From Octopus sinensis (lineage: Eukaryota), in contig NC_043004.1 of NCBI RefSeq assembly GCF_006345805.1, forward strand, positions 106,826,001 to 106,890,000: DNA of 64,000 bases, given 5' to 3'. A program made the translations under genes and the position numbers. Of the stretch, positions 38,205 to 51,759 are shown piece after piece. Position 1 is the stretch's first letter, and the number at the start of each line of letters is the position of its first letter. The notes beneath the pieces were generated by a model. That model saw only the letters and a program-made list of their open reading frames with translations. It made no database searches and was not told the origin of the DNA.

Positions 38205-38910
38205 TAATCCTTTCTATTATAGGCACAAGGCCTGAATTTGGGGGTGGGAGACAGTCAATTACATCGCCCCCAGTACTCAACTGGTACTTAATTTATCAAC
38301 CCTGATAGGTAAAGTTAACCTTGGTGGAATTTGAACTCAGAATACAGTGATGACTGGAATACCTATTTCTTTACTACCCACAAGGAGCTAAACACAGAGG
38401 GGACAAACAAGGACAGACAAACGGATTAAGTCGATTACATCGACCCCAGTGCGTCACTGGTACTTAATTTATCGACCCCGAAAAGATGAAAGGCAAAGTC
38501 GTCCTTGGCGGAATTTGAACTCAGAACGCAGCGGCGGACGAAATACCACAAAGCATTTCGCCCAGCGTGCTAACGTCTCTGCCAGCTCACCGCCTGTGTG
38601 ATGAGTGAAATACCACTAAGCATTTTGTCCAGCATGCCAACAATTCTGATTTATTTATTGCCCACAAGGGGCTAAACATAGAGGGGACAAACAAAGACAG
38701 ACAAGGAGATTAAGTCGACTATATCGAACCCAGTGTGTAACTGGTACTTATTTAATCGACCCCGAAAGGATAAAAGGCAAAGTCAACCTCGGTGGAATTT
38801 GAACTCAGAACGTAATGGCAGACGAAATACTGCTAAGCATTTCACATGGCATGCTAACGTTTCTGCCAGCTGGCCACCTTTTGCCAACAATTCTGCTAGC
38901 TCGCTGCCTT
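38205..38910 (-). mobile_element. Cluster of three to four SINE family B copies/fragments
   Basis: Repeated ctggtacttaatttatcgacccc...ggaatttgaactcagaa. Confidence 0.85.
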
Positions 38911-38934
38911 AACAACAACAATAATCATAATAAT

Positions 38935-39330
38935 AATATTAACTTTTTGTGGGACTTTCCTCTTCAAATGGACAAGAAGTCAGAAAATAATAGACCAGGT
39001 ATTACAATCATAGATAAAGAAAAGCAAAGTTGCTTACTTATCAACCTATCATACCCATTTGATTCCAGGATCATAAAGAAAGAGGAAGAAAAACAAAAAA
39101 ATGTACAATCCTTTAAAATTTGAAATAGGAAGAATTTGCAGCACGCAAATGGCAAAGGTTGTGCCTCTAATAATTGGTTCGTTGGGAACAGTAAGCCAAG
39201 ATGTAGACAAATGACTGAAGGCGATTGAAATAGAATGTCCGGTAGAGCTTCTACAGATAGCTTGCTTCTTAGGGACAGCAAGGATTATTAGGAGGGTTCT
39301 AAGCACTTGAAAGACTGCCAAAAAAATGTG
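38935..39330 (+). mobile_element. R4/Dong-like non-LTR retrotransposon, endonuclease-domain fragment
   Basis: LWDFPLQMDKKSENNRPGITIIDKEKQSC; shifted frame VVPLIIGSLG...LLQIACFLGTARIIRRVL; follows an (AAT)n run. Confidence 0.75.
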
Positions 39331-40455
39331 TGGATACCTAAGGTTACAGGTAGTAACCCACTACCCACGTAAATCTTACCAGGAATAAGACCAAACTTGA
39401 GCTTTGTTTCTATAATAATTTCTTTCTTAGACATAGGGGTTTGGGTGAAAAGGACCTCATGAGGACAGACTACAATTTGTGAGGGGATTTACATAAAAGA
39501 TGGGGGGGAAAGAAATGGAAAAGGCAGTGAAATGTAATAAAAGTATACAGGCACATGAGTGGCTGTGTGGTAAGTAGCTTGCTTCCCAACCACATGGTTC
39601 TGGGTTCAGTCCCACTATGTGACATCTTGGGCAGGTGTCTTCTACTATAGCCTTGGGCCAACCAAAGTCTTGTGAGTGGATTTAGTAGATGGAAACTGAA
39701 AGAAGCCCGTTGTATATTGTGTGTGTGTGTATTTGTATGTGTATCTGTGTTTGTCCCCCCCCCCATCGCTTTACAAACGATGTTTATGTGTTTACGTCCC
39801 TATAACGTTAGCGGTTCGGCAAAAGAGACCGATAGAATAAGTACTAGGCTTACAATGAGTAAGTCCTGAGGTCAATTTGTTCAACTAAAGGTGGTGCTTC
39901 AGCATGGCCACAGTCAAATGACTGAAACAAGTAAAAGAATAAAGAATAGTATACAAAGAATGTGAATGATCCCGTCTTTAGTCATAGATTAATATAGCCC
40001 TCACCATCATCATCATTGTTTAACATCCATTTTCCATACTGGCATGGGTCGGATGGTTTGACAGGAGCTGGCCGGCCAAAGAGCTGTCCAGACTCCAATG
40101 GTCTGTTGTGGCATAATTTCTATGGCTGGATGCTCTTCCTAATGCTAACCATTTTATAGAGTGTACTGGGTGTGTATTACGTGCTACCAGCACGGATCTG
40201 CTTAGCAGCAGCGGCATGAGTGTATTTTATGTGGCACCAGCACCTGTAAAGGACAAACCTGTATGGATGGATGGATGGATGACAGCGATTTTACTTATGG
40301 CTAAATATATATAACATCACTAATTCATATAATAGGTGTGTATAGATCACAGTGGAATTTTTAAGTAATTTCTCCTCAGTTTGTTTAAATACAACTAAAT
40401 TCTTTTCAACAAAGTCTCTACCATCTTTAAGACCTGCTCTATATATAATCAATGT

Positions 40456-40750
40456 GGAGGCACATGGCCTAGTGGTTAGAGCAGTGGACTTGCAGTTGAG
40501 GGATCGCGGGTTCGAATCTCAGACCGGGCGATGTGTGTGTTTATGAGCGAAACACCTAAGCTCCACGCGCTCCAGCAGAAAGTAATGGCAAACTTCTGCT
40601 GACTCTTTCACCACAACTATCTCTCACTTTTTCCTCCTGCATCTTGCATCACACCTGTGATGGACCGGCGTCCTGTCCAGGTGGGGAACCTATATGCCAA
40701 GGAAACCGGGAAACCGGCCCTATGAGCCAGGCATGGCTCGAGAAGGAAGA
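40456..40750 (+). mobile_element. tRNA-derived SINE, head D + V-domain-like tail
   Basis: A box tggcctagtgg, B box ggttcgaatc, then gatggaccggcgtcctgtccaggtgggg. Confidence 0.78.
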
Positions 40751-41023
40751 AACTGTATATAAGCAAAAAAGGATGATCACAGGAACCAAAGAACAAGCCT
40801 CTTCTTGAGGTAGCTCAATCTTCTAGAAAGAGTAGTCAAATCTCCTTCAAATCACAGTATATAGAAAATGCAATAGCCCCTAAAGAGGAATACATTGGAA
40901 AGGTGATATCTGGGAAAATGCAATAATCGAAGGGAATGATGGCCAGATGGTTAAAAACATTGCAAGAGTTGTAACACAGAGTAGAAGCATTGAGAAAGCA
41001 ATATAATGTTAAAAGGATTATCA

Positions 41024-41054
<31 letters not shown>

Positions 41055-41069
41055 CTAAGGAGGAAATAT

Positions 41070-42150
41070 TAACACTGGATAGAAGGATGAGAAAGTTGAT
41101 GACACTGTATGGGATGCTACACCCTAAAGCAAATGTAAACAGACTATATATGCAAAGAATTAGTATAGACTATTGTATAAGGAGTGAAAGGAGAATGTTT
41201 GTTGAGTATTTGATAAATAGTGATGAAGCCCTGCTGCAATTTGCCATGAAAGATATGGGTGTAAATACAGATGAAATGACAGGCAAGGAAGAGTTTAACC
41301 AAAGAGCTGAGAAGAAAGGAAAAGAAGACCTTCTTGAAATGAGAATGCATGGACAGTTTGAAAGGAATACACAGGATGTTAAGGATAATACAGCATCATG
41401 GGCATGGCTTGAGCGAGGTGATTTGAAGTGTACCACCAAAAGCCTGATCATTGCTGCACAAGACCAGGCTCTCGCCACCAATTCAGTGAAGTATAACATC
41501 TATAAAACTTCTGACACCCAGAAATGCAGATTCTGTGGAAAGAGTGTGGAAATTGTGACCCACTTGGTAAGTGGATGTGAGAGCCTTGCACAAAAAGAAT
41601 ACAAGTGCTGCCACGATAAAGTGTGTGTGTATCTTCATTGGATCTTGTGCTGTAAATACCAATATGAAGTAACAGAGAACTGGTATGAGCATGGACCAAG
41701 TAAAGTTATGCAGGAGGATGAAAAAGTAATGAAACCCTGGGACTAAGATTTTCAGATGGATTGTGTAATCAAATACCGTTGGCTGGATATTGTCATACTG
41801 AATAAGAGAGACAAATACTGTCAGTTCATTGATGTAGCCATACCAAATGACATGAATGTTGTGAGTAAAGAGGTTGAAAAAATCACCAAGTATTCCGAAC
41901 TGAAAGTGGAAATGGTAAGACTGTATGGAATGTGAGAGGGTAATGTAAAAGGGATACCAGTGTTGGGCTCAATCCCATTGAAACTTCAAAACTTCTTAAG
42001 GAAACTGGAAATCCTATGCAAGATTGGTGTCTTGCAAAAAGCAGCCTTATTGGGTACAACACACATCTTAAGGAAAGTATTATCTGTCTGAGGTCTTTGT
42101 TGTGGCTCGACAGATGACTAAAGACTCCAGTGCATTTTTGCCTACACTGT
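41070..42150 (+). mobile_element. R4/Dong-like non-LTR retrotransposon 3' portion (zinc knuckle + restriction-like endonuclease), pseudogenised
   Basis: MHGQF, AAQDQALAT, CRFCGKSVEIVTHLVSGCESLAQKEYK..HD, DIVILNK..IDVAIP, LQKAALLGT. Confidence 0.88.
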
Positions 42151-42429
42151 GTTGACAAATTTATTTTTTGAACCAGTTGAAGAAATACAAGATGTCAAAA
42201 TATCGTTCACTAGATAACAATGGCACTCTTCTTTTAATTTTGACTCTATATCTTCAGGAGGAGTTACCTCAATCCTTTCTATATTAACCAAAATGAAGTA
42301 GATAGACAAATTTATTTTTTGAACCAGTTGAAGACGCACAAGATGTCGAAATATCAGTCACTAAATAATAATGGCACTCTTCTTTTAATTTTGATTTTAA
42401 TAAAAATAAAAATAAAAATATTAATAATG

Positions 42430-42469
<40 letters not shown>

Positions 42470-42473
<4 letters not shown>

Positions 42474-42717
42474 CATATCATAGTAGGTGCATTAGGTATG
42501 ATAAAAAAATATTTAGACAAATATATAACGAAAACACCAGGACTTACAAATATATATAACATACAGAAAATTGCACTACTAGGCACTGCACACATCCTAT
42601 GCAAAACACTTTCAATACAATAACCATCAGAGCATCACAACAAACCACAGCACATACCCAAGGTACACAGAGCTGCACTCGGTAGTGAAGTGAAAGCACA
42701 ATATAAAAATAAAACTA

Positions 42718-42722
<5 letters not shown>
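42470..42722 (+). mobile_element. R4/Dong-like 3' end inserted in (TAA)n
   Basis: IIVGALGMIKK...IQKIALLGTAHIL, with TAA arrays on both sides. Confidence 0.8.
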
Positions 42723-42762
<40 letters not shown>

Positions 42763-43151
42763 TTATAAAGATAGATGGAACTCAAGAGCTCAATATAATT
42801 TGTAATAGAGATTGTTTATTTAATGGTTTGAACACTATTTCAACAGATCATGTCTTCTTCAGGTTCAAAATGTCAAATGAAAAAGCCTCAGAAATACTTT
42901 AAGCACAATATTAATAACCCTTTCTACTAAAGGCACAAGGCCTGAAATTTTGAGCGGGGGGGGGGGCTAGTCGATTATATTGACCCTTAGTGTTACACTG
43001 GTACTTAATTTATCGACCTCGAAAAGATGAAAGGCAAAGTCGGCCTCAGCAGAATTTAAACTCAGAATGTAGCAATGGGCAAAATCCCACTAAGCATCTC
43101 ATCCAACATACTAACAATACTGCCAGTTCACTGCCTAAAATAATGATAATA

Positions 43152-43533
43152 TGGAAGCACTCCGCTGGTTACGACGATGAGGGTTCCGGTTGATCCGACC
43201 AATGGAACAGTCTGCTCGTGAAATTAACGTGTAAGTGGCTGAGCACTCCACAGACACGTGTACCCTTAACGTAGTTCTCGGGGATATTCAGCGTGACACA
43301 GAGAGTGACAAGGCCGACCCTTTGAAATACAGGTACAACAGAAACCGGAAGTAAGAGTGAGAGAAAGTTGTGGCGAAAGAGTACAGCAGGGATCACCACC
43401 ATTCCCTGCCGGAGCCTCGTGGAGCTTTAGGTGTTTTCGCTCAATAAACACTCACAACGCCCGGTCTGGGAATCGAAACCGTGATCCTACGACCGCAAGT
43501 CCGCTGCCCTAACCGCTGGGCCATTGCGCCTCC
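43152..43533 (-). mobile_element. tRNA-derived SINE, head D + tail T, CpG-rich (probably young)
   Basis: ggaggcgcaatggcccagcggttagggcagcggac...ggtttcgattcc; tail shared with 9600-9787. Confidence 0.85.
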
Positions 43534-43578
43534 AAAATGATAATAATAACACCAATATATAAGCAAATTGTGCCTCAC

Positions 43579-43673
43579 CTGATAATACAGCAGACTTAAT
43601 GCTTAGAATACTTTCTGGTTTAGATGAACTTGTAACTTCTTTCTCAATCTCCACCTGAACTTTCTCAATTTTT
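43579..43673 (-). CDS. LLTP exon
   Basis: cttttcaag|(K)KIEKVQVEIEKEVTSSSKPESILSIKSAVLS G|gtgagg; 95 nt, phase 2 to 1, bridges neighbours exactly. Confidence 0.8.
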
Positions 43674-44104
43674 CTTGAAAAGATGATTGGACATAGCTTC
43701 ATTATAGCATCTTAATTTCAATGGGAAAATATTGTATACATATACACATTCAGATTCAGATATTCCTTCTCCAAAATTTAAAACAATAACACTCATGTTA
43801 ATATTGTATCACATAAATATGGTTTGATATTTTTCAGTGTAGCGACATTAGTAGTAGTGAGCAAAGGAGAGAGAGAGAGAGTGTGGAGTTGACATATACA
43901 CAGAAATAACATATTAGTGATGGCTTAAATATAAATGGTAAAAGTTCTGTGTTTCACAGAAGTCAAGAATCTGAGATCTCTATTCTTGTAGGAACTGGTG
44001 GACAGATTTAGGTAGAATCAGAATCACAAAAGTTTGGGGAAAAACTCAAGAAATCATCAGTGGGGTTAGTGTTATTTTGTGTTTTAAGAATTTTCATAGT
44101 ATTT

Positions 44105-44400
44105 GGGTTAGTTTGGTCTGGTTTGGCCTGGTCTGGTCTGGTCTGGTCTAGTTTAATCTAGTCTGATCTGATCTGATCTGACCTGGCTTGGTCTGGTTAG
44201 GTCCGGTCTAATCTGGTTTGATTTGGTCTGACTGGTGTCATATGTTGTGGTTTGTCTGTTTGGTCCAGTTTTGTCTGGTTTGGTCTAGTCTGATCAGTTC
44301 TGGTTTGGCCTCACTAGTCCGGTTTGGTCAGATCATCTTGGATCTGATCTGACCAGGCTTGGTCTGGTCTGGTCTGGTCTGGTCTATTCTTGTTTGGCTC
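44105..44400. repeat. Degenerate (GGTCT/GATCT)n pentamer array
   Basis: Direct reading. Confidence 0.88.
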
Positions 44401-45363
44401 TGGATGGGAGAGGAGGGGACCATCACACAAAAGCTATCACTGATCACTTGATGAGATCTATAACTAGCCTAAGTGGACATCAATGGCTGCAGATGAGTTT
44501 TTTGAAAGTTTGCTTGCTGGGACACCAGTCATGAATTGGGAGAGAAGAGAAATGGGATTCTGCACCAGCTGATAGGGGAATTTCATGAGTGAGATTGACT
44601 AATAACGCATGATGTCAGGTTCTTGTAATATCTGGTAGTAAGGTCTCTGCTGGGGAACCTTTTCCAGCTATATCCTCTGATATATATAGTGACACTACTC
44701 TCAGACAAGTGTAGTATTAGTAGGAGTCAGTATGGTAAGAGATCATGATATTGCTGGTTTCATTTCTTGGGTACTTTAAAGGTACCCAAGAAATGAAGCG
44801 TGTATATAGATATATATACACACAAATGCATACTTTTATACACAGATACACAGATACATACACACACACACACACACATGTATATAAAAATATATGTATA
44901 TTTCACCAATTTCAATGGATAAGTGAAATGTGAAACCAGTTGATTATTTACTATATACATACATACATGCATACATACATGTATGTATGTATGTATGTAT
45001 TTCTTCTATTTTTTTTACTTCTTTCAGTCATTTGATTGTGACCATCTTGGAGCACCATCTTTAGTCAAACAAATCGACCCCAAGACTTATTCTTTGTAAG
45101 CCCAATACTTATTCTGTTGGTCTCTTTTGCTGAACTGCTAGGTTACGGGTACATAAACACACCAACATCAGTTGTCAAGTGATGGTGGTGAGGACATACA
45201 CAGACAAAGACAAATACATACATACATATATATGTATATGATGGGCTTCTTTCAGTTTCAGTCTACCAAATCTACTCACAGAGCTCTGCCAGAAGTGCCA
45301 CTCAGTGAGACTGAATCTGGAACCATGTGGTTGGGAAGCAAGCTTCTTACAACACAGCCACTC

Positions 45364-45400
<37 letters not shown>

Positions 45401-45913
45401 TACATATATTTACATTGGGACAAGAAAGCAAAACATCCACACACCTAGGCGATACAAAAAGGGACAACAAAACATCCAGATAGACAATGCAAAGAAAACA
45501 AGGACGGGTCATTCAAAGCCCTCTATCCTCAGTCAAGCACCAGATTATCCTCACAATTTCAGCTGATTATTCTTGAGATCGCTCCCATCTGACCAGCCCC
45601 AAGGAAAAATTAAGCTAAGAGCATTAGATTCCTTGGAAGAAAGCAGCGAATGTATACAAAAACAAGGACAGAAAAAACAGACAAAGTTACACAAATATAA
45701 ATACAATAATAAATACAATAAAAATAATAACAGGACATAATAACAGGTGTCTTTCGACTAAGGACGAATTGAATTAAGCTGGTGCATGTGGAAATGAAGT
45801 CTTAGGGCAGAGATACAAAAATTTCACAAACACATGAAAGAATATCGATGTTGCCCGGATGGCGGTGAGAGCAAGAAAGAAAGAACAGGCTTGGATATAT
45901 ATATATATACACA

Positions 45914-46037
<124 letters not shown>

Positions 46038-46190
46038 ACTATAAATAGATATTATATATATCATATATTATATATTATGTATGTATCAGCCTTCTTTAGT
46101 ATATTGAAATAAAATAAAATAAAATAATTAGAATATTAATAACTCAGTTGATTCATCATACAACACACAGACACTGACATGCACACACAC

Positions 46191-46235
<45 letters not shown>

Positions 46236-46275
46236 TACACAAGCAAACATGAGAAACTTTGAGAAATATGCTTAC

Positions 46276-46506
46276 TTGTCCATTGGTTTCAATGTGAGAG
46301 ATACATCGATATCTCCATTCAGAGGTGTATAGGCATGGTCGTGAGAAGTCAGCACATTTGGCTTAGACAACTGGAAGCAAGCCTTCACACGAAACAGAAT
46401 ACTGGCCAGTGGAGTAAAGCACCAACTGAGTTGTTGTTTCTTGACCTTTGAAGATTTATCGGCTGACACATGGACTAGATCCCCTCTTACAAGATATAAA
46501 CGGTGC
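46276..46506 (-). CDS. LLTP exon
   Basis: ttttttacctccag|(K)HRLYLVRGD...WCFTPLASILFRVKACFQLSKP...YTPLNGDIDVSLTLKPMD AA|gtaagc; 231 nt, phase 2 to 2. Confidence 0.9.
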
Positions 46507-47061
46507 CTGGAGGTAAAAAATAATAAAGACAGTGTACTTAAAAGCCATGAGATGACAGTGATGTTAGATATAAGGATGGAGAAAGAATATGGTTTTACAC
46601 TTTCAAATTTTAAGGTTTCCTGACATTTTTGATTATTTATTTGTTTGAGTCATTGGATTGTGGCCATGCTGGTGCACCACCTTGAAGATCTTTTAGTCAA
46701 ATGAATTGACTCCAGTATTCATTTTCTAAAGCCTGGTACTTATTCTATCAGTCTCTTTTGCTGATCTGCTAAGTTACAGAGGATGTAAACACACCAACAC
46801 AAGTTGTCAAGCAGTGGTAATGGATAAACACAGACACGAAGACACACGCATCTATATATATATATATCTCCTTATATAATAATGAGCATAGTGTTTTTAT
46901 ATATTTGTGTATATATATATATATATATATATACGTATATATTTTCATATATATATATTTGTCCAAAATCACGGATTAGGAGAAAGAGTAGTATAAGTGA
47001 AAGGAAAGGAGAGAAAATAGTAATTCAGTGAAGGAGAAGTAGTGAGAAGAGAGAGAGAGAG

Positions 47062-47108
<47 letters not shown>

Positions 47109-47826
47109 CCACATGTATGTGAGCTTATGGTTGTAGCATCAATTTTACCACTTACTTGTCTCGGTCATTGGACAGCAGCCATGCAAAGACACGAACTTGA
47201 AGGGTTTTAGTCAAACAAATTGACCCCAGTCCTTTTTCTTTCTGTGAGTCTGGGACTTAATCTATCGTTCTCTTTTGCCAAAACTGCTAAGTTATGGGGG
47301 CGTAATAAGCCAACACCCATTGTCAAGCAGTGGTAGGAGACAAACACACACACACACACACACACAAACATATGCACACATGACAGGCTTCTTTCAGTTT
47401 CCATCAATCAAATACACTCACAAGACTTTGGTTGGCTCAGGGTTATGGTAGAAGCCCTTGCACAAGATGCTATGCAATCACTGGGAGGCAAACTTCTTAT
47501 TTCTTTATTGAGGGGACAACAAGGACAGACAAAGGGATTAAGTTGATTACTGGTACTTATTTAATTGACCTCGAAAGGATGAAAGGCAAAGTCGACCTTG
47601 GCGGAATTTGAACTCAGAACGTAACGGCAGACGAAATACCGCTAAGTATTTTGCCTGGCGTGCTAACGATTCTGCCAGCTTGCCACCTTGTGTGATAAGA
47701 AGTTTGCCTTGAGATCAAACTTCTTATCACACAGCCACCCCTGCACCTATGCATGATGGCAAAACCAGAAGTAAAAATCTCCCACAGTAAAGCTATTTCA
47801 ACAACCAATGAAAGACTTGTACTCAC

Positions 47827-48036
47827 TTGATATTCAGTAAGACAACATCCTTGTCAGTTCGATCCACTTCAATGGTCCATTTGATGTGTTCAGCAGCTCC
47901 TGCTTTTTCATTGTATGCAACTTTATTCTGTCCACTGACACCAAGATAAACCTGCATCTCAGTCTGCATCTCGAGGCCTTCTGGGATTTCATCAGGAAGA
48001 TCCAAAGCAAGTCTTGCATGGAAGTTTACAGCCATC
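47827..48036 (-). CDS. LLTP exon
   Basis: ttcttag|(R)MAVNFHARLALDLP...DKDVVLLNI AA|gtgagt; 210 nt, phase 2 to 2. Confidence 0.9.
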
Positions 48037-48408
48037 CTAAGAAACAAACATTTAAAACAACTGAATACAAAATGGTCAAATAAAACTAAAACTAAATAAA
48101 TGCGCCCTTTTAAAGCCTAGCTAAGCTCATGGGCCTGGTTTCCCGGTTTCTATGGCGTATGTGTTCCCCAGCTGGATGGGACGCCAGTCATTCACAGCGT
48201 TACTCATTTTTGCCAGCTGAGTGGACTGGAGCAATGTGAAATGAAGTGTTTTGCTCAAGAACACAACACGTTGCTCGGTCCAGGAATTGAAACCACAATC
48301 TTACGATCATGGTACTGACACCCTAACCACTAAGCCACGTGCCTCCACTCAAATAAAACTATAGTTCTATATTCAAGAGATGAGGAATTATGTACATTAT
48401 TTACAGTA

Positions 48409-48554
48409 TTTATATTATTCACATTTGATGGATATTTGTCCTCATCTTGTTTGTTGTTAACACAGCATTTCGGCTGATATACCCTCCAGCCGAAACGTTG
48501 TGTTGACAACAAAGAAGATGAGGACAAATATCCGTCAAATGTAAATAATGTAAA
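48409..48554. repeat. Fold-back inverted repeat, about 68-bp arms, 10-nt loop
   Basis: acatttgatggatatttgtcctcatctt...tttcggctg-atataccctc-cagccgaaa...aagatgaggacaaatatccgtcaaatgt. Confidence 0.9.
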
Positions 48555-48600
48555 CAATGCAAATAAAACTAATTCAGATTTATTTACAAGAGAAATATTT

Positions 48601-48632
<32 letters not shown>

Positions 48633-49263
48633 ATTTATGTTACAAATGATTATGCATCAGTTATGTTTTGAAAGAATATATTAAACAGGAGAGGAATAAG
48701 AAATGAGCCCTGATGGACCACTGCCTGGACTCTATATTTGTTCTACTCAATGAGGGCACTGGAGTATAATATGCTCTTCTGGCTAATCTGATCATGCTGA
48801 ATCATACAAACCATGCTAGCATGGAATACAGACATATAATGATGATGATGACTGATTTTTTTTGTAAAAGTTTAATATTGCCTGATGAAATGGACTGGTT
48901 ATGTAATGATTAAAGTTACATAGTATTATGTACCTTATGGAAATGCATGTAGCCAAATTGGAGTCAACTGTTCTTGTTCCTTTGTTACACACACACACAT
49001 CCACATGCATATACAATCACACACATAAATATACATACACACATGCACACACACACACATAGTGTATGTGTGTGTGTGTGCATGTGAGAGAGAGAGAGAG
49101 TGAGAGAGAGACAGACACACACACACGTACACACATCCACATGTATATACAATCACACACATAAATATACATACACACACACACTATGTGTGTGCATGTG
49201 TGCATGTGAGAGAGAGAGAGAGAGAGAGAGACACACACACACACACAGAGAAATAAAGTTTAC

Positions 49264-49498
49264 CTGAATTTTAGTGATCTGCTATGAGGCTTGGTAATTT
49301 TGTTACTTGTATGGTAGATATTGGAGATTAAAAGGGTCATGTTATAGGGAACTCCAAATGCTGTTGGTAGAGCCCTATACAGTTCAGTGAACTGACCTAA
49401 GAGTAGCTGTTCTGTTTTCATTTCCTCTGTGAAGGATTTCTTTAAGTTTGGTAAGTTCTTGAGAAATGTAATCACATCCCACATGAAAATGTTGTAAC
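49264..49498 (-). CDS. LLTP exon with PTxxGxP motif
   Basis: ttccag|(G)YNIFMWDV...ELYRALPTAFGVPYNMTL...SLKF AG|gtaaac; 235 nt, phase 1 to 2. Confidence 0.92.
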
Positions 49499-49632
49499 CT
49501 GGAATATATATTTTAATTTATATTTTAAAACTTGTAGCAAACACCAAAACACACACAAACACACATACACACACACACCACCACCACCACCACCACCACC
49601 ACCACCACCACCACCACCACCACCACCATCAC

Positions 49633-49682
<50 letters not shown>

Positions 49683-51759
49683 ATATTGTCACTTAGTGCC
49701 TATTTTCTATGTTATGTGGTAAGAAACCTGTTTTTCAACTAGATGGCTCTAGGTTCAGTCCCATTGAGTGGTACTTTGGGCAAGTGTCTTCCGCTATACT
49801 GTTGGGCTATAGTAGAACCTATTTATTTTAAGCTTAGTACGCATTCTACTGGTCTCTTTTGCTGAACTGCTAAGTTACAGAGATATAAACAAACCAACAG
49901 TGGTTGTCAAGCTGTGGTGGACAAACACACACACACACACACAAAGAAAATATATAATGGGCTTCTTTCAGGTTCCACTCTCAAGACTTTGGTCGACCCA
50001 AGAATGTAGTAGAAAAGACTTGCCCAAGGTGTCACACAGTGGGACTGAACCCAAATCCATGTAACCGAGAGGGAAACTTCTTACCACACCGCCATGCCTG
50101 CACCTATACGTGGCTGGAATGCCTTCATTTGTATGTGTATTTGATCAAAGCCAATTTGTTACTGTAAAAACAACTACTACAACAAACAAGAACAGTCAGC
50201 ACTAATAAAAAGTTTGAACATACTAAGAGTACCAAACTGCTGCCCATATAATTAACCCCTGCATGTTAGAATATGTAGTATAGTTCTTGGTCTGTCAGAG
50301 ATCTGGTTATATCCGGAGTTAGAGGTCAGTGGAATGCTTGTACTTGATTAGGTAACTGACCGCATTTCACAGATCTGGTTTATCTGGGCTGACTTCAGTG
50401 ACATGGATTGAGTGTGTGTCTCCAGGGGAATCCCTTAAGTTTGCTACCCTCATCCCATTCCAGGCCCTCATGCCCACCCCACGACCCCAAACTTATACAG
50501 GCTTTTACAGCACACCCCAAAATTGCCACCCTTCTAAAAGCTTATCCCAGGGCAGATTGCACCCCCATTCAGCCGATGCTACTGGGTACCTTAAGACTAC
50601 ACAACGCAATCAATACATATGCCAGTGAAAGAGCCAAGGGAACCTGTACATAGTCACTCAGCTTGCAAGAAATAGTAGCCAAGTCTACTTTGAATTACAC
50701 CATATTATCTTACATAAGACAGGACACTTTAAATAATGAAGCTCTACATAACTCTGAAAAGATGGAATGGTCATGGATGGAATGCATTTCATCATCATAA
50801 GTGTGTTTGATCAGGGTTGACATGGGTCTTAACAAAAGTAACGTGCAACAAACAACACACAAACACACACAGAGGCACAAATACAGGCACACACACATGT
50901 GCACACACACACACACACACACATGCACACACACACACATACACATTCTCACACACACATATACACACAAATATTTACAAGAACACACATACCCACTCAT
51001 ATGCATTTATATGCACCCACATGCTCACACATGCACATGCACACACATGCCCCACATACACATGTATGCACCCATCTACATGCACACACACATGTACAGA
51101 TATGCACATGCATATAACCACACTCACATGTAGACACACAAACACATCCACATGCACACATTTACATGTGCACACATGCATACACCCACACACTTGCTCA
51201 CACACATAGATACATATACAAACACAGATATAAGCAGAAATGTCTTAGGCCCCAATTATGGCAGTGAGCTGGCAGAGATGTTAGCATGATTGGCAAAATG
51301 CTTAGCAGTATTTCATCTGTCTTTACGTTCTGAGTTCAAATTCTGCCAAGGTCGACTTTGCCTTTCATCCTTTCAGGGTTGACATATTAAGTAGCAGTTG
51401 CATTCTGGGATCGATCTAATCGACTGGCCCCTCCCCCAAAATTTCGGGTCTTGTGTGCCTAGAGTAGAAAACAAAAATTGTAGGCCCTTGGGCAAAGCAG
51501 TACACTACTGCTATGTATTGATTGTATTGTATAGCTGTAAGTTACCTAGTAACCTCTCCTAGATGGGGTTACAGTCTGCCCTTTTACAAGGGTAACAATT
51601 TTTGAATGTGTTATAAAGACCTGTATAGGTTTGGGGTCCTGGGGTGGAAGGAAAAAGGGTTTGTTTTTATTAGGAAGTCTTGAAAAACGCAATGAACCAC
51701 TTAGTGTAAGGGACTTGAAAAAGAAGAAATTCAGATGAAAAGAATGAATTTCATTATTA

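Noticed and set aside
42826-42868. Minus-strand CTGAAGA..GAAA with a 7-bp stem I
   Set aside because: No NUH cleavage triplet or stem III; at best a fossil hammerhead
43460-43533. tRNA-like sequences with A and B boxes
   Set aside because: SINE heads continuing into SINE bodies; no complete cloverleaf
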